NCBI GenBank assembly: GCA_018003655.1
Contig: JAGNDY010000005.1
Location: 1-54,966 of the forward strand
DNA: 54,966 nt
Direction of reading: 5' to 3'
Origin: Candidatus Nanopelagicales bacterium
Lineage (GTDB): Bacteria; Actinomycetota; Actinomycetes; S36-B12; UBA10799
In this document: positions 1-10,007 of the stretch, one piece after another
Numbering within the stretch: position 1 is the stretch's first letter
Layout: each line of letters begins with the position of its first letter
Program-made: the position numbers and the translations under genes
The notes under the pieces: model-generated
What the model was told of the DNA's origin: nothing
Database searches by the model: none
Seen by the model: only the letters and a program-made list of their open reading frames with translations

Positions 1-2
1 CC

Positions 3-851
3 AAGAAGCCGATCGATCACGACTCAGAGATGGGTCTACGGGCAACTATCGGGCTCATCTCCGGTACTTCTCTGCTTCGCAGGGTCGTGCTCTTCACTGT
101 GATCTTTCAACTGCTCGCTTGGCCCCTTACCCGAATCTTCCAACACGTCGCCAAACTCGTTCTCGACAATCCGTTGACGTTCTCGATGCTGCTCGTGTCG
201 TTCCAGATCGGCGCGCTGCTCGTCGGGCCCGTCCTGACGATCAGCGAGAAGCGAGCCACTTACTCGAAGATCGTGCAGCGGACATCGCTGATCTTGGTCC
301 TGGCGCTGATCCTCGTTGCGGTCGCTGGTGAACTTCCCGGCGGAGCCGTCCAACTCGCGCTGATCATGGTTGTTCTCATCCCCTTCGGGCTCGCCGTGAA
401 CCTCTCGGCCGCCTTGCTCCAGGCCTGCATGCAAGTCGGGTCGCCGGACACACGGGAACCAGCGATCCTGGCGATCTACGCGGGCTGCATCTCCCTCGTC
501 GGTTTCATCGGCACGCTCGCGATCAGCGCGCTCGTCTCGTTCGTGTCACTCTGGATCATCCTGGCGGTTGAGGGTGTCCTGCTAGGCCTGCTGATGATCG
601 TCGCCAATCGCACAAGGTGGTTTGCGGATCTGGATGCTGCCGAGTCCGACGCGGGCACGACCGCGATCGACCGAATAAGGCGCCACCACAATGGGCGCCT
701 GCGTTACGGCTTCGCCAGCTTTGGGCACAGTCTCGAGCCGCTGTCCGTCGGTCATCACCGAACGCGAGAGGAAGCGCACGGCGCAGGCCGAGCAGCAGAT
801 CCTGGCAATCCGCCGGTCAGCGGCACCGGTTTGACGAATCCACCGGGATGA
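3..851 (+). CDS. Integral membrane protein, probably the C-terminal six-helix half of an MFS-type transporter; 5' end runs off the window
   Basis: The frame of ORF 30..851 stays open back to nt 3. Six hydrophobic ~20-aa segments are separated by short charged loops. No catalytic motif recognised. Confidence 0.5.
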   Translation, partial: KKPIDHDSEMGLRATIGLISGTSLLRRVVLFTVIFQLLAWPLTRIFQHVAKLVLDNPLTFSMLLVSFQIGALLVGPVLTISEKRATYSKIVQRTSLILVLALILVAVAGELPGGAVQLALIMVVLIPFGLAVNLSAALLQACMQVGSPDTREPAILAIYAGCISLVGFIGTLAISALVSFVSLWIILAVEGVLLGLLMIVANRTRWFADLDAAESDAGTTAIDRIRRHHNGRLRYGFASFGHSLEPLSVGHHRTREEAHGAGRAADPGNPPVSGTGLTNPPG

Positions 852-967
852 CAACGTTCGCCCTCTTGACCTGAGGGGCAGGTGTCGACGCTGCGGCACG
901 TCCCTGCGCACCTCCGCTCGGCTCGTCCAGAGTCTTGCTCGCGACCATGACTCGTAAGGTCACGGAC

Positions 968-2605
968 TCAATGGTTGGCGAAGTCGCACGTCTTGGATCG
1001 TGGATGCTTCACGTTGCGAACGTAGGGATCGATGTGCCGGGCCACGCAGACCGAGGGCGTGTTGTTCCAGATCACATGCTGGCCGCCGCGGTACTTGATG
1101 AAGGCGGCCCTCGGGAAGGCGTTCGCCATGGATTTGGCCCACCGCATCGGCGTAGCCGCATCCTTGGTCGCGTTCGCGATGACTATCTTGAGGCCTGCGA
1201 TTCGTGCCCGGTTCGTTTTGGAACGAGTGCGCGGGATTGGGTCCGGTTTGACCTTCAGTCCGCTACAACCGATCGCGTAGTCGGTTGTTAGCGAGCCCCC
1301 GAAAACGGGCCCAGCAATTGCGTTGCGTTTGACGACCCGTCGCTGCCTCGCGGCAGACATTCGATCCTTGTAGTCCAGACAGTTGACCACGGAAAAGGCG
1401 CCTCCGGCGTTGGTATTCGACTTGGTCGCTGCCAGCACGGTTCTAAGGATGCCCCGGGCCTGATCACCACCAGCACCAGCAACTCGAGCCTGATTGACGA
1501 TCGATGGGAGCGCATCGATCGTCGGCCACTGGGCCTGCGCCCCCACAACCCCCATCATGAAGTCCAGGTACGACCAACGAGTGAAGGTCTCTCCCCCGCC
1601 CAAGTCGATGGGTGCAGCGGCAAGGCCATCTCGGGTGGCCAGCAAGGAGGCGTAGCTTGCTGGGCTCAACTTTCTAACGAAGCCAAGTGCCTGATCCGCC
1701 GCGACCCCACCTTGAGTCAAGCCTGCGTAGCTTCCCTTCGGATCAATGTTTCCGTCCTGCACCATGGCTCGGACTCTGTTTGGGTAGAGCATGGCGTAGA
1801 CCACGCCAATCCGGGTTCCGTAGCTCATCCCCCAATAGGTCAGCTTCGAGTCCCCAACCTTGGCTCGCAAACGGTCCAGGTCTCGCGCGGCATTATTGGT
1901 GCCCATGTAGTTGATGAAGCGCGCGTTGCGCTGCTGGCACAGTCGGTTTGCCTTAGCCAAGTTCGCGGCGGACTTGTTACGGACCACCGACCAAACGACC
2001 GGTCCACTGATCGGCCGAACGGAGTATGGCGTTGCGCAACTGCGCAGCACGGGCCGGGTCGCTCCGATACCGCGCGGATCCCAACTGACGATGTCGAATT
2101 TGGCTCGGATCGATGCTGGAACGATCGAGCCGACGCCAGCCACAGCAGCAGCTCCCGCGCCGCCCGGGCCACCGGGATTGAAAATCAGCGAACGCCGAGC
2201 GACGCCAGTCGCCGGGAGTTTGCTCACGGCTAGCCGAAACTTGCCTCGCTTGGGGTGGTCGTAGTCGAACGGGACTTTGAGCGTCGCGCATAGCAGCGTT
2301 GGTGCCGAGTCGGTGGGGCAGCCCCGCCAATTCAGCCCCCGAACGTCGCCACGGGTCGACCGAAAACTCCGCGCCGGAACCGTTGCGGGCGCATCCAGAC
2401 TCTCTTCCAAGGCCGCCAGGTCAGTGGCCGAAGGTCCACCGGATCGCGCGCCATTCGACTCGAGGTCTTGGGTGGGGCCGACTGCGGCCGCGCCGGCCGT
2501 CCCTACCAACGAGGACGCCAGAGCGACACAGAGTGCGATGGTTGCGGTCTTACCCGCTGGTCCTCGAGTCACGAGGTGACTCTCGCACACGCTTCGTGGC
2601 ACCAC
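968..2605 (-). CDS. Secreted alpha/beta hydrolase, tripeptidyl-aminopeptidase (TAP-like) family
   Basis: 545-aa ORF with a signal-like segment TATIALCVALASSLVGTAGAAA. Nucleophile elbow GMSYG sits in YWGMSYGTRIGVVYAMLYPNRV. The true start may be the internal GTG near 2572. Confidence 0.85.
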   Translation of the reverse strand: MVPRSVCESHLVTRGPAGKTATIALCVALASSLVGTAGAAAVGPTQDLESNGARSGGPSATDLAALEESLDAPATVPARSFRSTRGDVRGLNWRGCPTDSAPTLLCATLKVPFDYDHPKRGKFRLAVSKLPATGVARRSLIFNPGGPGGAGAAAVAGVGSIVPASIRAKFDIVSWDPRGIGATRPVLRSCATPYSVRPISGPVVWSVVRNKSAANLAKANRLCQQRNARFINYMGTNNAARDLDRLRAKVGDSKLTYWGMSYGTRIGVVYAMLYPNRVRAMVQDGNIDPKGSYAGLTQGGVAADQALGFVRKLSPASYASLLATRDGLAAAPIDLGGGETFTRWSYLDFMMGVVGAQAQWPTIDALPSIVNQARVAGAGGDQARGILRTVLAATKSNTNAGGAFSVVNCLDYKDRMSAARQRRVVKRNAIAGPVFGGSLTTDYAIGCSGLKVKPDPIPRTRSKTNRARIAGLKIVIANATKDAATPMRWAKSMANAFPRAAFIKYRGGQHVIWNNTPSVCVARHIDPYVRNVKHPRSKTCDFANH

Positions 2606-2651
2606 CTACCTAGCGGCCGATGCCTACCCTGGGTGAGAGGTGAAGTGCGGC

Positions 2652-3101
2652 CTACTTGACGGTGATGGTCGCGGTCTCGCCGGAGATGACCTCGACCACG
2701 GGGTACGTACCCGCCTGGGGGAAGTCGAACGTCTCGATCAGTCCGCCGGTGACAGTCGCTTGGTCAAGGCTGCCGACGGTGACGGCGAACGTTCCTGAAC
2801 CGTCGGCCTTGAAGGTGACGTTCTGACCTACCGCGATCGTCAGTTCCTTCGGGGTCATACCCGTTGAAGACACCATGATCGTCCGGTCAGCGGGTGCGGT
2901 GCCGTTGCCCAACACCGGTGTGCCTGTTGCGGTGTCGCCGCTGCTGGTTTCGGTTGCCGATGGCGCACTGCTGGTAGTTGCCGTGGGGGTGCTGTCCGAT
3001 GAACTGCTGTCGCTGCTGCAGGCGCCCAGAACTGGCGTGATTGCGATGACTGCTGCGGCCAATACGAGGCTGCTCCGCTTGTACTGCGCCATCTTGGTCA
3101 T
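2652..3101 (-). CDS. Lipoprotein with a cupredoxin-like C-terminal domain lacking copper ligands
   Basis: ATG 3101 is preceded by GAGGGAG. Signal peptide plus lipobox LGAC, then a Ser/Thr-rich linker. The C-terminal strand pattern TIAVGQNVTFKADG...AGTYPVVEVISGETATITVK resembles a blue-copper fold but has no His/Cys/Met ligands. Confidence 0.7.
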   Translation of the reverse strand: MTKMAQYKRSSLVLAAAVIAITPVLGACSSDSSSSDSTPTATTSSAPSATETSSGDTATGTPVLGNGTAPADRTIMVSSTGMTPKELTIAVGQNVTFKADGSGTFAVTVGSLDQATVTGGLIETFDFPQAGTYPVVEVISGETATITVK

Positions 3102-3266
3102 TGGACTCCCTCGGCTAGTCGGCCTGGTCGGCTCGGATGGACGATAGCGGTCCGACACCGCGCGTTGCCAACCGGAATCATGCCTTCGGCTGACCGATGT
3201 CTGCTCTCGCGCCCAGCGGTGCCGACCCCGTGCGACTCAGTGGGTGACGGTTGCTTCACCGGACCG

Positions 3267-4226
3267 CTAGGAGCGCTCAGACACAACCGCGTGAAGCGCG
3301 ATTCCTGCCGCGACGGCGGCGTTCAGCGACTCAACCCGGCCGTTGATCGGAATGGATGCCAACAGGTCGCAGTTCTCGGCAACCAGGCGGCTCAACCCCT
3401 TGCCCTCGCCGCCGATCACCAAGAGCACGGGATCGTTGCCGAGACCCAAGGCATCGATGTCCGTTGAGCCCTCGCCAGCCAGGCCGACGACTGTGAACCC
3501 AGCATCCTTGGCGTCCTCGATCGTCCGGTTCAGGTTCGTCACCATGGCGACCGGAATGTGGGCCAGCGCACCGGCCGACGTTCGCCAGGACGCTGCCGTC
3601 ACCGTGGCCGAGCGACGCGAAGGAATGACTATTCCGGTGCCGTCGAACGCTGCGGCCGACCGTGCGATCGCACCGAGGTTGCGCGTGTCGGTTACCCCGT
3701 CCAGCGCGACCAGCAGCGCCGGGCGGCGGTCGGTTCCAGCGAAGAGCAGGTCAGCAATATCGGCGTACTCGTACGGCGCGACCGCCAAGACGATGCCTTG
3801 GTGGACACCACCGGCGATCTCATCGAGTTCCTCACGCCGACATTCGCGCATCTCCAAGCCGTTCTCCAACGCGGTGGTCAGCGCTTGCTTGATCCGTGGA
3901 TCGGCGTCGATGTTGCGTTGGACCAATAGCGTCCGAGCCGGGACTCCAGCAAGAACCGCCTCCAGCACCTGGTTGCGACCGGCGACGATGTCCGGGTTCT
4001 TGCTGGCGCCCCTCGGCGCACGACCCCGGCCGCCTTGCTGTTTGGCGGCTTGCACGGCCTCGGCGCGGGCACGCTTGCCCGCCACATGGCCCGGCCGTTC
4101 AGTCGCCTTGGGCGTCGGGCCCTTGCCTTCCAAGCCCTGGCGACGGTTGCCGCCGGAACCCACGCCCCGTGGCTTCTTGGCTTCGGTGTTGCGCACCGCA
4201 CCCTTGCGCTTGGAATTGCCAGCCAT
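3267..4226 (-). CDS. rlmB: 23S rRNA (guanosine-2'-O)-methyltransferase, SpoU/TrmH family (RlmB)
   Basis: Basic Lys/Arg/Gly-rich N-tail followed by a SpoU domain (LDGVTDTRNLGAIARSAAAF, LLVIGGEGKGLSRL, IPINGRVESLNAAVAAGIAL). The ATG overlaps the cysS stop by 1 nt. Same position as Rv3579c. Confidence 0.9.
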   Translation of the reverse strand: MAGNSKRKGAVRNTEAKKPRGVGSGGNRRQGLEGKGPTPKATERPGHVAGKRARAEAVQAAKQQGGRGRAPRGASKNPDIVAGRNQVLEAVLAGVPARTLLVQRNIDADPRIKQALTTALENGLEMRECRREELDEIAGGVHQGIVLAVAPYEYADIADLLFAGTDRRPALLVALDGVTDTRNLGAIARSAAAFDGTGIVIPSRRSATVTAASWRTSAGALAHIPVAMVTNLNRTIEDAKDAGFTVVGLAGEGSTDIDALGLGNDPVLLVIGGEGKGLSRLVAENCDLLASIPINGRVESLNAAVAAGIALHAVVSERS

Positions 4227-5635
4227 CAGGAATCACCGGCCAGCGACCATCGCGAACCATCGGCAGAGTCCTCGATGCTGATCCCGGCGGCAATGATCCG
4301 GTCCCGAATTGCATCAGCAGTAGCGAAGTCACGCTCCGCTCGAGCCTCTTGGCGAGCGCCAATCTCGGCTGCAACAAGCGCGTCGAGTGCCGTTCGCAGT
4401 CGCTGGTCATCGGCCTCCGAGCCAGCCCACGGCGGGCTCAACGGATCAACCCCAATGACATCGAGCATCGAACGAACCTCTGCAAGCACTGGCACCAAGC
4501 CCTCATCGTCGCGAGCGGCGAGCAGGCGGTTGCCTTCGGTCACTCGTTCATGCGCCACCGCAACGGCGGCCGGAACTGCCAAATCATCGTTCATCGCATC
4601 GACGAAGCTCTTGGGAAGATGCTTTGTTGGATCGGGATCCGACGTTCCGACCCGGGACGCGGCACGCTTCACAAAACCCTCGATCCGTCGGTAGCTCGCG
4701 GCGGACTCGGCCAACGCCTCGTCGGAGAACTCCAGGTTGCTGCGGTAGTGCGCAGCCACCAGATACCAACGCAGCTCGACCGGGCGCACGCGACGCAGCA
4801 CCTCAGCCACGATCATCGAGTTACCCAACGACTTGCTCATCTTCTCGCCAGCGGTCGTCACCCACGCGTTGTGCAACCAGTACTGCGCGAAGGCGTCGCC
4901 GGCAGCCCGCGACTGCGCAATCTCATTCTCGTGGTGGGGGAAGACCAGGTCGAGTCCACCGCCGTGGATATCGAACTGCGCACCCAAGTAGGCCCGTGCC
5001 ATCGCCGAGCATTCCAAATGCCACCCGGGTCGACCCTCGCCCCACGGCGTGGGCCAACTCGGCTCGCCCGGTTTGGCGGCCTTCCACAACGCAAAGTCGC
5101 GCGGGTCGCGTTTGCGGGTATCCAACTCGCTGTCGGCGCCCGGTTGCAGATCGCCTGGCCGCTGGCCGGACAGCGCGCCGTAGTCGGCGTAGGAATGAAC
5201 GTCGAAGTAGACGTCGCCACCGGACTCATACGCGTGGTCACGCTCGATCAGGCGGGTGATGAGCTCGACCATCTCGGTCACATGGCCCGTTGCCCGTGGT
5301 TCAACCGTGGGCGGTACGCAGCCGAGTACCTGGTACGCCAGTTGGAACTCGAGTTCGTATTGATGGGCAACCGCCCACCACGGCCGACCCTGCTCGACAG
5401 AGCGGGTCAGAATCTTGTCGTCAATGTCGGTGACGTTGCGGCACAGCACAACCTCGTATCCGCTGATGCGCAACCAACGCGAGAGGACGTCGAACACCAG
5501 ACTGGAGCGGATGTGGCCGACGTGAGGGGCGGACTGCACCGTGGCGCCGCACAGGTACATCGAGACCTTGCCGGGTTCGAGCGGGACAAAGTCCCGTACC
5601 GACCGGGTCGCGGTGTCGTGCAGGCGTAGGCTCAC
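4226..5635 (-). CDS. cysS: Cysteine--tRNA ligase
   Basis: Class I motifs are present: HVGHIRS (HIGH) and KMSKSLGN (KMSKS). The likely start is GTG 5635 (VSLRLHDT...) rather than the longest-ORF start at 5704. Confidence 0.95.
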   Translation of the reverse strand: MSLRLHDTATRSVRDFVPLEPGKVSMYLCGATVQSAPHVGHIRSSLVFDVLSRWLRISGYEVVLCRNVTDIDDKILTRSVEQGRPWWAVAHQYELEFQLAYQVLGCVPPTVEPRATGHVTEMVELITRLIERDHAYESGGDVYFDVHSYADYGALSGQRPGDLQPGADSELDTRKRDPRDFALWKAAKPGEPSWPTPWGEGRPGWHLECSAMARAYLGAQFDIHGGGLDLVFPHHENEIAQSRAAGDAFAQYWLHNAWVTTAGEKMSKSLGNSMIVAEVLRRVRPVELRWYLVAAHYRSNLEFSDEALAESAASYRRIEGFVKRAASRVGTSDPDPTKHLPKSFVDAMNDDLAVPAAVAVAHERVTEGNRLLAARDDEGLVPVLAEVRSMLDVIGVDPLSPPWAGSEADDQRLRTALDALVAAEIGARQEARAERDFATADAIRDRIIAAGISIEDSADGSRWSLAGDS

Positions 5636-5660
5636 GGGCGCAAGCCTACGGGTTGGCTGC

Positions 5661-6062
5661 CTACTGACCCATGGTGACGACGTGCTCGGGCTTGATCCGC
5701 ACAATCACCCGGACGTTGTCCGTGCCATCGTCCATCGGATAGCGGTCGGCATCCATGTACTTCTTGGCCAGCTCGTCGATGAGCTCGCGCCCGCCTTCGG
5801 TGGTCATGGTCGCGGTGCCACGCACCTCGATGTAGCTGTAGGGATTGGTGGGTGGATTCACCAGGATGGTGACTCTGGGGTCGGCAACCAGGTTGAGTTG
5901 CTTGCGCCGACCCTCCGTTGTGGAGAAGAGAATGTCGTCGCCGTCGGTCTTGACCCACACCACCGAAAGCTGCGGCCGACCGTCCGGGTTGATCGTGCCC
6001 ACCACCGCGAACACAACCTCGTTGAACAGCGCTTTCTGGGCATCCGTCAGAGCAGCAGTCAT
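5661..6062 (-). CDS. PPOX-class (pyridoxamine 5'-phosphate oxidase-like) probable F420-dependent enzyme
   Basis: 133 aa. The pattern [18 protein letters not shown]...[25 protein letters not shown]...YIEVRGTA is typical of the split-barrel PPOX/F420 family. Confidence 0.8.
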   Translation of the reverse strand: MTAALTDAQKALFNEVVFAVVGTINPDGRPQLSVVWVKTDGDDILFSTTEGRRKQLNLVADPRVTILVNPPTNPYSYIEVRGTATMTTEGGRELIDELAKKYMDADRYPMDDGTDNVRVIVRIKPEHVVTMGQ

Positions 6063-6120
6063 GCTCGGAACGCTATCTGCCCTCTGCCCAAAAAGCGAGG
6101 CACAGCCACTCTTGCGCTGA

Positions 6121-6618
6121 TCAGCTCACCAGGGCGATCGCGATTGCGGCGATACCCTCACCGCGGCCAGTCAGCCCGAGTCCATCGGTCGTTGTCGCCG
6201 ACACGGAAACAGGCGCACCGACAGCATCAGAAAGAACCTCTTCCGCTTCCACGCGGCGAGGCCCGATCTTTGGCCGATTGCCGATGACCTGCACCGACAC
6301 GTTGCCGATCCGCCAGCCCGCTAGCCGCACCCGATCCGCAGCCTCCGCGAGCAGGGTCACTCCGCTCGCACCCTGCCATTGCGGCTCATCCACCCCGAAG
6401 TTCGAGCCAAGATCGCCCAGCCCAGCGGCAGAGAACAATGCGTCGCAGCACGCGTGCGCTGCGACGTCACCATCTGAGTGCCCGGTCACGCCGGTTTCGT
6501 CAGGCCAGAACAACCCGACCAGATGTAATTGCCGACCATCGGCAAAGGGGTGCACGTCCGTGCCGATCCCCACCCGCGGGGCCAAGTGGGAATCCCCAGC
6601 ATGCGCTGACGAGGTCAT
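6121..6618 (-). CDS. ispF: 2-C-methyl-D-erythritol 2,4-cyclodiphosphate synthase
   Basis: Motifs [11 protein letters not shown] and [19 protein letters not shown] 6618 is preceded by GAGGAGG. Lies directly after ispD. Confidence 0.93.
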   Translation of the reverse strand: MTSSAHAGDSHLAPRVGIGTDVHPFADGRQLHLVGLFWPDETGVTGHSDGDVAAHACCDALFSAAGLGDLGSNFGVDEPQWQGASGVTLLAEAADRVRLAGWRIGNVSVQVIGNRPKIGPRRVEAEEVLSDAVGAPVSVSATTTDGLGLTGRGEGIAAIAIALVS

Positions 6619-6625
6619 CTGCGAG

Positions 6626-7351
6626 CTACCTCCTCGACTTGTCAGCCAACACCGCACGAGCCACGGCGATGTCGAACGGCGTCGTCACCTTGAATGCCTC
6701 GGGCTTGCCGGGCACTACCAGAACGGGGAATCCGTACGAGGCCACAATGCCAGCATCGTCCGTGTGGTCCGTCCCCTCGACGGTTTTGCGGTGGGCGTCA
6801 TAGAGCGCGCCCCGGTCAAAGCCCTGCGGGGTCTGGACACCTCGAAGACTGCTCCGGTCGACCGTTTCCAACACGGACTCGCCCGCATCGACCCGCTTGA
6901 TCGTGTCGGCTACCGGAAGCCCCGGCACCACCGCGTCAGACCCGGAATGCACTGCGGCGATGACCTCGCTGAACAACTCACGGGGTGCGAAGGCCCGGGC
7001 CGCGTCGTGGATTAACACCACCTCAACGACCGCCGGCAACTCCTTCAATGCCTTGGTCACCGATGCTTTGCGCGTCAGGCCGCCAGTGACGATCGTGGTG
7101 GGTTTGGCTGGCCAGCGATCGCAGATCTGCTGGACTTCGGACTCGTAGCCCGGTGGCCCAGCGACGACGACCATGTCGACCTCAGGGACCGTCGCGATGA
7201 TTTCCAATGTGTAGTCGAGCAGCGCCCGTTCGGCAACCTTCGCCAGCGCCTTGGGCAACGCCCCACCGAGCCGCTCACCACGACCAGCGGCAGCGACGAC
7301 AACGGCGACCTGCCCAGGTGGGCGGTCGCCGTTAGCAGTCGAGTGGGACAT
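6626..7351 (-). CDS. ispD: 2-C-methyl-D-erythritol 4-phosphate cytidylyltransferase
   Basis: N-terminal [13 protein letters not shown] nucleotide-binding loop; 241 aa; carD-ispD-ispF order. Confidence 0.93.
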   Translation of the reverse strand: MSHSTANGDRPPGQVAVVVAAAGRGERLGGALPKALAKVAERALLDYTLEIIATVPEVDMVVVAGPPGYESEVQQICDRWPAKPTTIVTGGLTRKASVTKALKELPAVVEVVLIHDAARAFAPRELFSEVIAAVHSGSDAVVPGLPVADTIKRVDAGESVLETVDRSSLRGVQTPQGFDRGALYDAHRKTVEGTDHTDDAGIVASYGFPVLVVPGKPEAFKVTTPFDIAVARAVLADKSRR

Positions 7352-7371
7352 GGAGTTGTGGTCGTCGTGAC

Positions 7372-7854
7372 CTAGGAGGCCAGCACCTCGTCGAGCAGTG
7401 ACTCGGCCTTGTCTTCGTTGGTGTGCTCCGCCAGGGCGAGTTCGCTGACCAGAATCTGGCGGGCCTTGGCGAGCATGCGCTTCTCGCCAGCGGACAGGCC
7501 GCGATCCTTCTCGCGTCGCCAGAGGTCGCGAACAACCTCGGCAACTTTGATGACGTCGCCGGAAGCGAGCTTCTCCAGGTTGGCCTTGTACCGGCGCGAC
7601 CAGTTGGTCGGTTCTTCGGTGTACGGCTGACGCAGGACGTCGAAGACCTTGTCCAGGCCTTCCTGATTGACGACGTCACGGACGCCGACGAGATCGACGT
7701 TGTCAGCAGGTACTCGAACGGTCAAGTCACCTTGCGCAACGCGCAGTACCAAGTACTCACGTGGCTCACCCTTGATCACCCGCTGCTCGATCGATTCGAT
7801 CAGTGCAGCCCCGTGATGAGGGTAAACAACGGTGTCTCCGACAGAGAACGACAT
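7372..7854 (-). CDS. carD: CarD-family RNA polymerase-binding transcription regulator
   Basis: [39 protein letters not shown] is the Tudor-like RID, followed by a helical C-domain. Start ATG 7854. Confidence 0.93.
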   Translation of the reverse strand: MSFSVGDTVVYPHHGAALIESIEQRVIKGEPREYLVLRVAQGDLTVRVPADNVDLVGVRDVVNQEGLDKVFDVLRQPYTEEPTNWSRRYKANLEKLASGDVIKVAEVVRDLWRREKDRGLSAGEKRMLAKARQILVSELALAEHTNEDKAESLLDEVLAS

Positions 7855-7998
7855 ATGGCGATATGCCCCTTTCGCGATACCCAAGGGTAACATGCGTAGT
7901 TGATCATGATTCCAGCTTCAACTAGCCGCTGCGCCGACATGGGCACCACGGAGGAGCCTGCGAGCGTTCAACGCGCTAGGCTGCCCGCCGTGAACCGG

Positions 7999-8580
7999 AT
8001 GAATCGTCGAGTGACCGTAGTCGTCGCCGCAGCCGCCACTGTTCCCCTGCTCGCAGGCTGCTTCAACGGCTTCAATGCCCAGACCGACACCCAAGGTCCA
8101 TCGGGTGACGGCACCTCCGCTGAGGTGGGCAATCTGCAGATCCGCAGCGCTACCTGGGTCCGTAGCGCCAAGGACCCTCGCACGATGACGATGGCGGCGA
8201 CATTCGTGAATCCCAGCAGGGAAGCAGACGTGCTCGAGTCGGTGACCACTGACCCGAAAGCCTTTGTCATCGGCATCACCGGCGGAAAGATCGACCTCCG
8301 TCCTGCCAGCGATGTGCGCGTCGGATTTAACAGCGACGTATACGTCAACGGCTACGGCGTTGACGCGGTCCCGTCGGGCTACGTATCGACGACCTTCACC
8401 TTCAAGAACGCCGGCGCGGTCACCATCCCGCTGCTGACCGTCGCGCCCATTGGCATCTATGCCGGCATCGAGCCCAACCCTGCGGGAATCGGGCAGAAAC
8501 CCACCCCCCGCGCCACGGCTACTCCGGGCGCGCCGATCCCAAGTCCTGCCTCCGCAAGCGCAAGCCCCAAGGCCGCGTAG
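7999..8580 (+). CDS. Lipoprotein, LpqE-position (family assigned by synteny only)
   Basis: Signal peptide plus lipobox LLAGC. Divergent from carD, as lpqE (Rv3584) is in M. tuberculosis. Pro/Ala/Ser-rich C-tail. Confidence 0.65.
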   Translation: MNRRVTVVVAAAATVPLLAGCFNGFNAQTDTQGPSGDGTSAEVGNLQIRSATWVRSAKDPRTMTMAATFVNPSREADVLESVTTDPKAFVIGITGGKIDLRPASDVRVGFNSDVYVNGYGVDAVPSGYVSTTFTFKNAGAVTIPLLTVAPIGIYAGIEPNPAGIGQKPTPRATATPGAPIPSPASASASPKAA

Positions 8581-8582
8581 CG

Positions 8583-8636
8583 ACACGACTCACCCCTCGA
8601 ACCCGACCGTGGTCGGGTTCGAGGGGTGAGTCGTGT
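8583..8636. terminator. Perfect 26-bp inverted repeat between convergent genes (probable bidirectional terminator)
   Basis: acacgactcacccctcgaacccgacc / gt / ggtcgggttcgaggggtgagtcgtgt. Located between the stops at 8580 (+) and 8653 (-). Confidence 0.6.
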
Positions 8637-8652
8637 GCGCTGGTCGAAGCGA

Positions 8653-9204
8653 TCAGCTGCTGCCTGAGTTTGAGTTGTCCTGTTGATCGTTTTCGCCATC
8701 ACAGCGATTGATGCCTGCCTCGGAGTTGGCTGTGCAGACACTGAAGTACGTCGGCGCACCCTTCTCTGCGCCGGCGCCAACACCCGTCCAGACCTCGCCC
8801 TTCTGAGCACGCAATCCGGCACCTTGGCCGCCATATGGGCCCCAGCCGCCGCCGCCGGAGTTCTCCTTGACGATCTTGTAGCCCGCAGCGGTCAGTTCGC
8901 CCTTGTAGAAGCTGACAACCTGAGCGGGGTCCTTCGCTGAGTTCTTGTACCGCGAGTAGGTCTGGTTGCCACTGATTTTGATGGATCCCGCGGGTGGTGC
9001 CGGGATGCCGGCAACCGGCTCCGCCGTAGCCGTTGCGGTCGAGGTGACGGTGGGGGTTGCCACTGTCGCGGTCGGGGTCGGGGTCGTGGAGGAATCGGTG
9101 CTACTGCTGCAGCCGGCCGCGACGACAAGGGAACCAATGCCGATGGTCGTGAGACCGATGGCTCGGAGCCGGTGAGAACTTCCAACGTGCGTCTTCTTCG
9201 CCAT
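8653..9204 (-). CDS. Lipoprotein of unknown function
   Basis: Signal peptide plus lipobox VAAGC, a Thr/Pro-rich linker, and a Gly-rich C-domain with two Cys. No family recognised. Confidence 0.7.
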   Translation of the reverse strand: MAKKTHVGSSHRLRAIGLTTIGIGSLVVAAGCSSSTDSSTTPTPTATVATPTVTSTATATAEPVAGIPAPPAGSIKISGNQTYSRYKNSAKDPAQVVSFYKGELTAAGYKIVKENSGGGGWGPYGGQGAGLRAQKGEVWTGVGAGAEKGAPTYFSVCTANSEAGINRCDGENDQQDNSNSGSS

Positions 9205-9320
9205 GAGTGTCCATTCCTGATCAAGAGGATGATGGGGTGAAAGTACTCATGTGAACGCCTCGTCGCGCGCCGAAAAGGCGCGGCAGGCCCGAACGATGGA
9301 TCGACCCGGAGTTCGGTCCG

Positions 9321-10007
9321 CTACGCGTCGAACTTGTATCCCAGGCCGCGCAGGGTAATCAGGTACTTGGGTTCGGATGGATCCGGTTCGATTTTCGATC
9401 GGATTCGTTTGACGTGAACGTCAAGGGTTTTGGTGTCACCGACGTAGTTGGAGCCCCAGATCCGGTCTATCAACTGCGATCGCGTCAGGACTCGGCCGGA
9501 GTTGCGTAGCAGGAGTTCGAGCAGCTCGAACTCCTTGAGCGGCAACTTGACCTCGCGTCCGTCGACGATCACTAGGTGGCGATCGACATCCATTCGCACT
9601 GGGCCGGCCTCAAGGACGGCTGAGGGTTCAGCCTCATCACTCGGCGCTGATCTGCGGCGCAAGACTGCGCGCACTCGAGCGACCAATTCACGGCTGGAGA
9701 ACGGCTTGGTGACGTAATCGTCGGCCCCGAGTTCCAGGCCGACGACTTTGTCGATCTCGCCATCCTTCGCAGTCAGCATGATGATCGGCACCGACGAGAC
9801 TTGGCGAAGTTGCCGACACACTTCAGTTCCTGGCAGTCCAGGCAACATGACGTCGAGCAGGATGAGGTCCGGGCCAAGGCGCTCGAACATCTCCAGCGCA
9901 GCGAGCCCGTCCGCCGCCACGGCCACTTCGAAGCCCTCCTTCTTCAGCATGAAGCTGAGTGCCTCGCTGAAGGACGGTTCGTCCTCCACGATCATCACTA
10001 CCGTCAT
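9321..10007 (-). CDS. regX3: OmpR-family response regulator (RegX3/PhoP-type)
   Basis: Receiver domain (VMIVEDEP...LILLDVMLPG...LTAKD) plus winged helix (TLDVHVKRIRSKIE...LITLRGLGYKF). ATG 10007 overlaps the kinase stop by 4 nt (ATGA). Confidence 0.9.
   Translation of the reverse strand: MTVVMIVEDEPSFSEALSFMLKKEGFEVAVAADGLAALEMFERLGPDLILLDVMLPGLPGTEVCRQLRQVSSVPIIMLTAKDGEIDKVVGLELGADDYVTKPFSSRELVARVRAVLRRRSAPSDEAEPSAVLEAGPVRMDVDRHLVIVDGREVKLPLKEFELLELLLRNSGRVLTRSQLIDRIWGSNYVGDTKTLDVHVKRIRSKIEPDPSEPKYLITLRGLGYKFDA

Noticed and set aside
3343-5629. Long plus-strand ORFs (3343..4281, 3896..5629) opposite rlmB and cysS
   Set aside because: Their translations are Arg/Pro/Ala/Ser-rich nonsense with no motifs. 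The minus-strand frames carry unambiguous SpoU and CysRS motifs. These are typical high-GC shadow ORFs.
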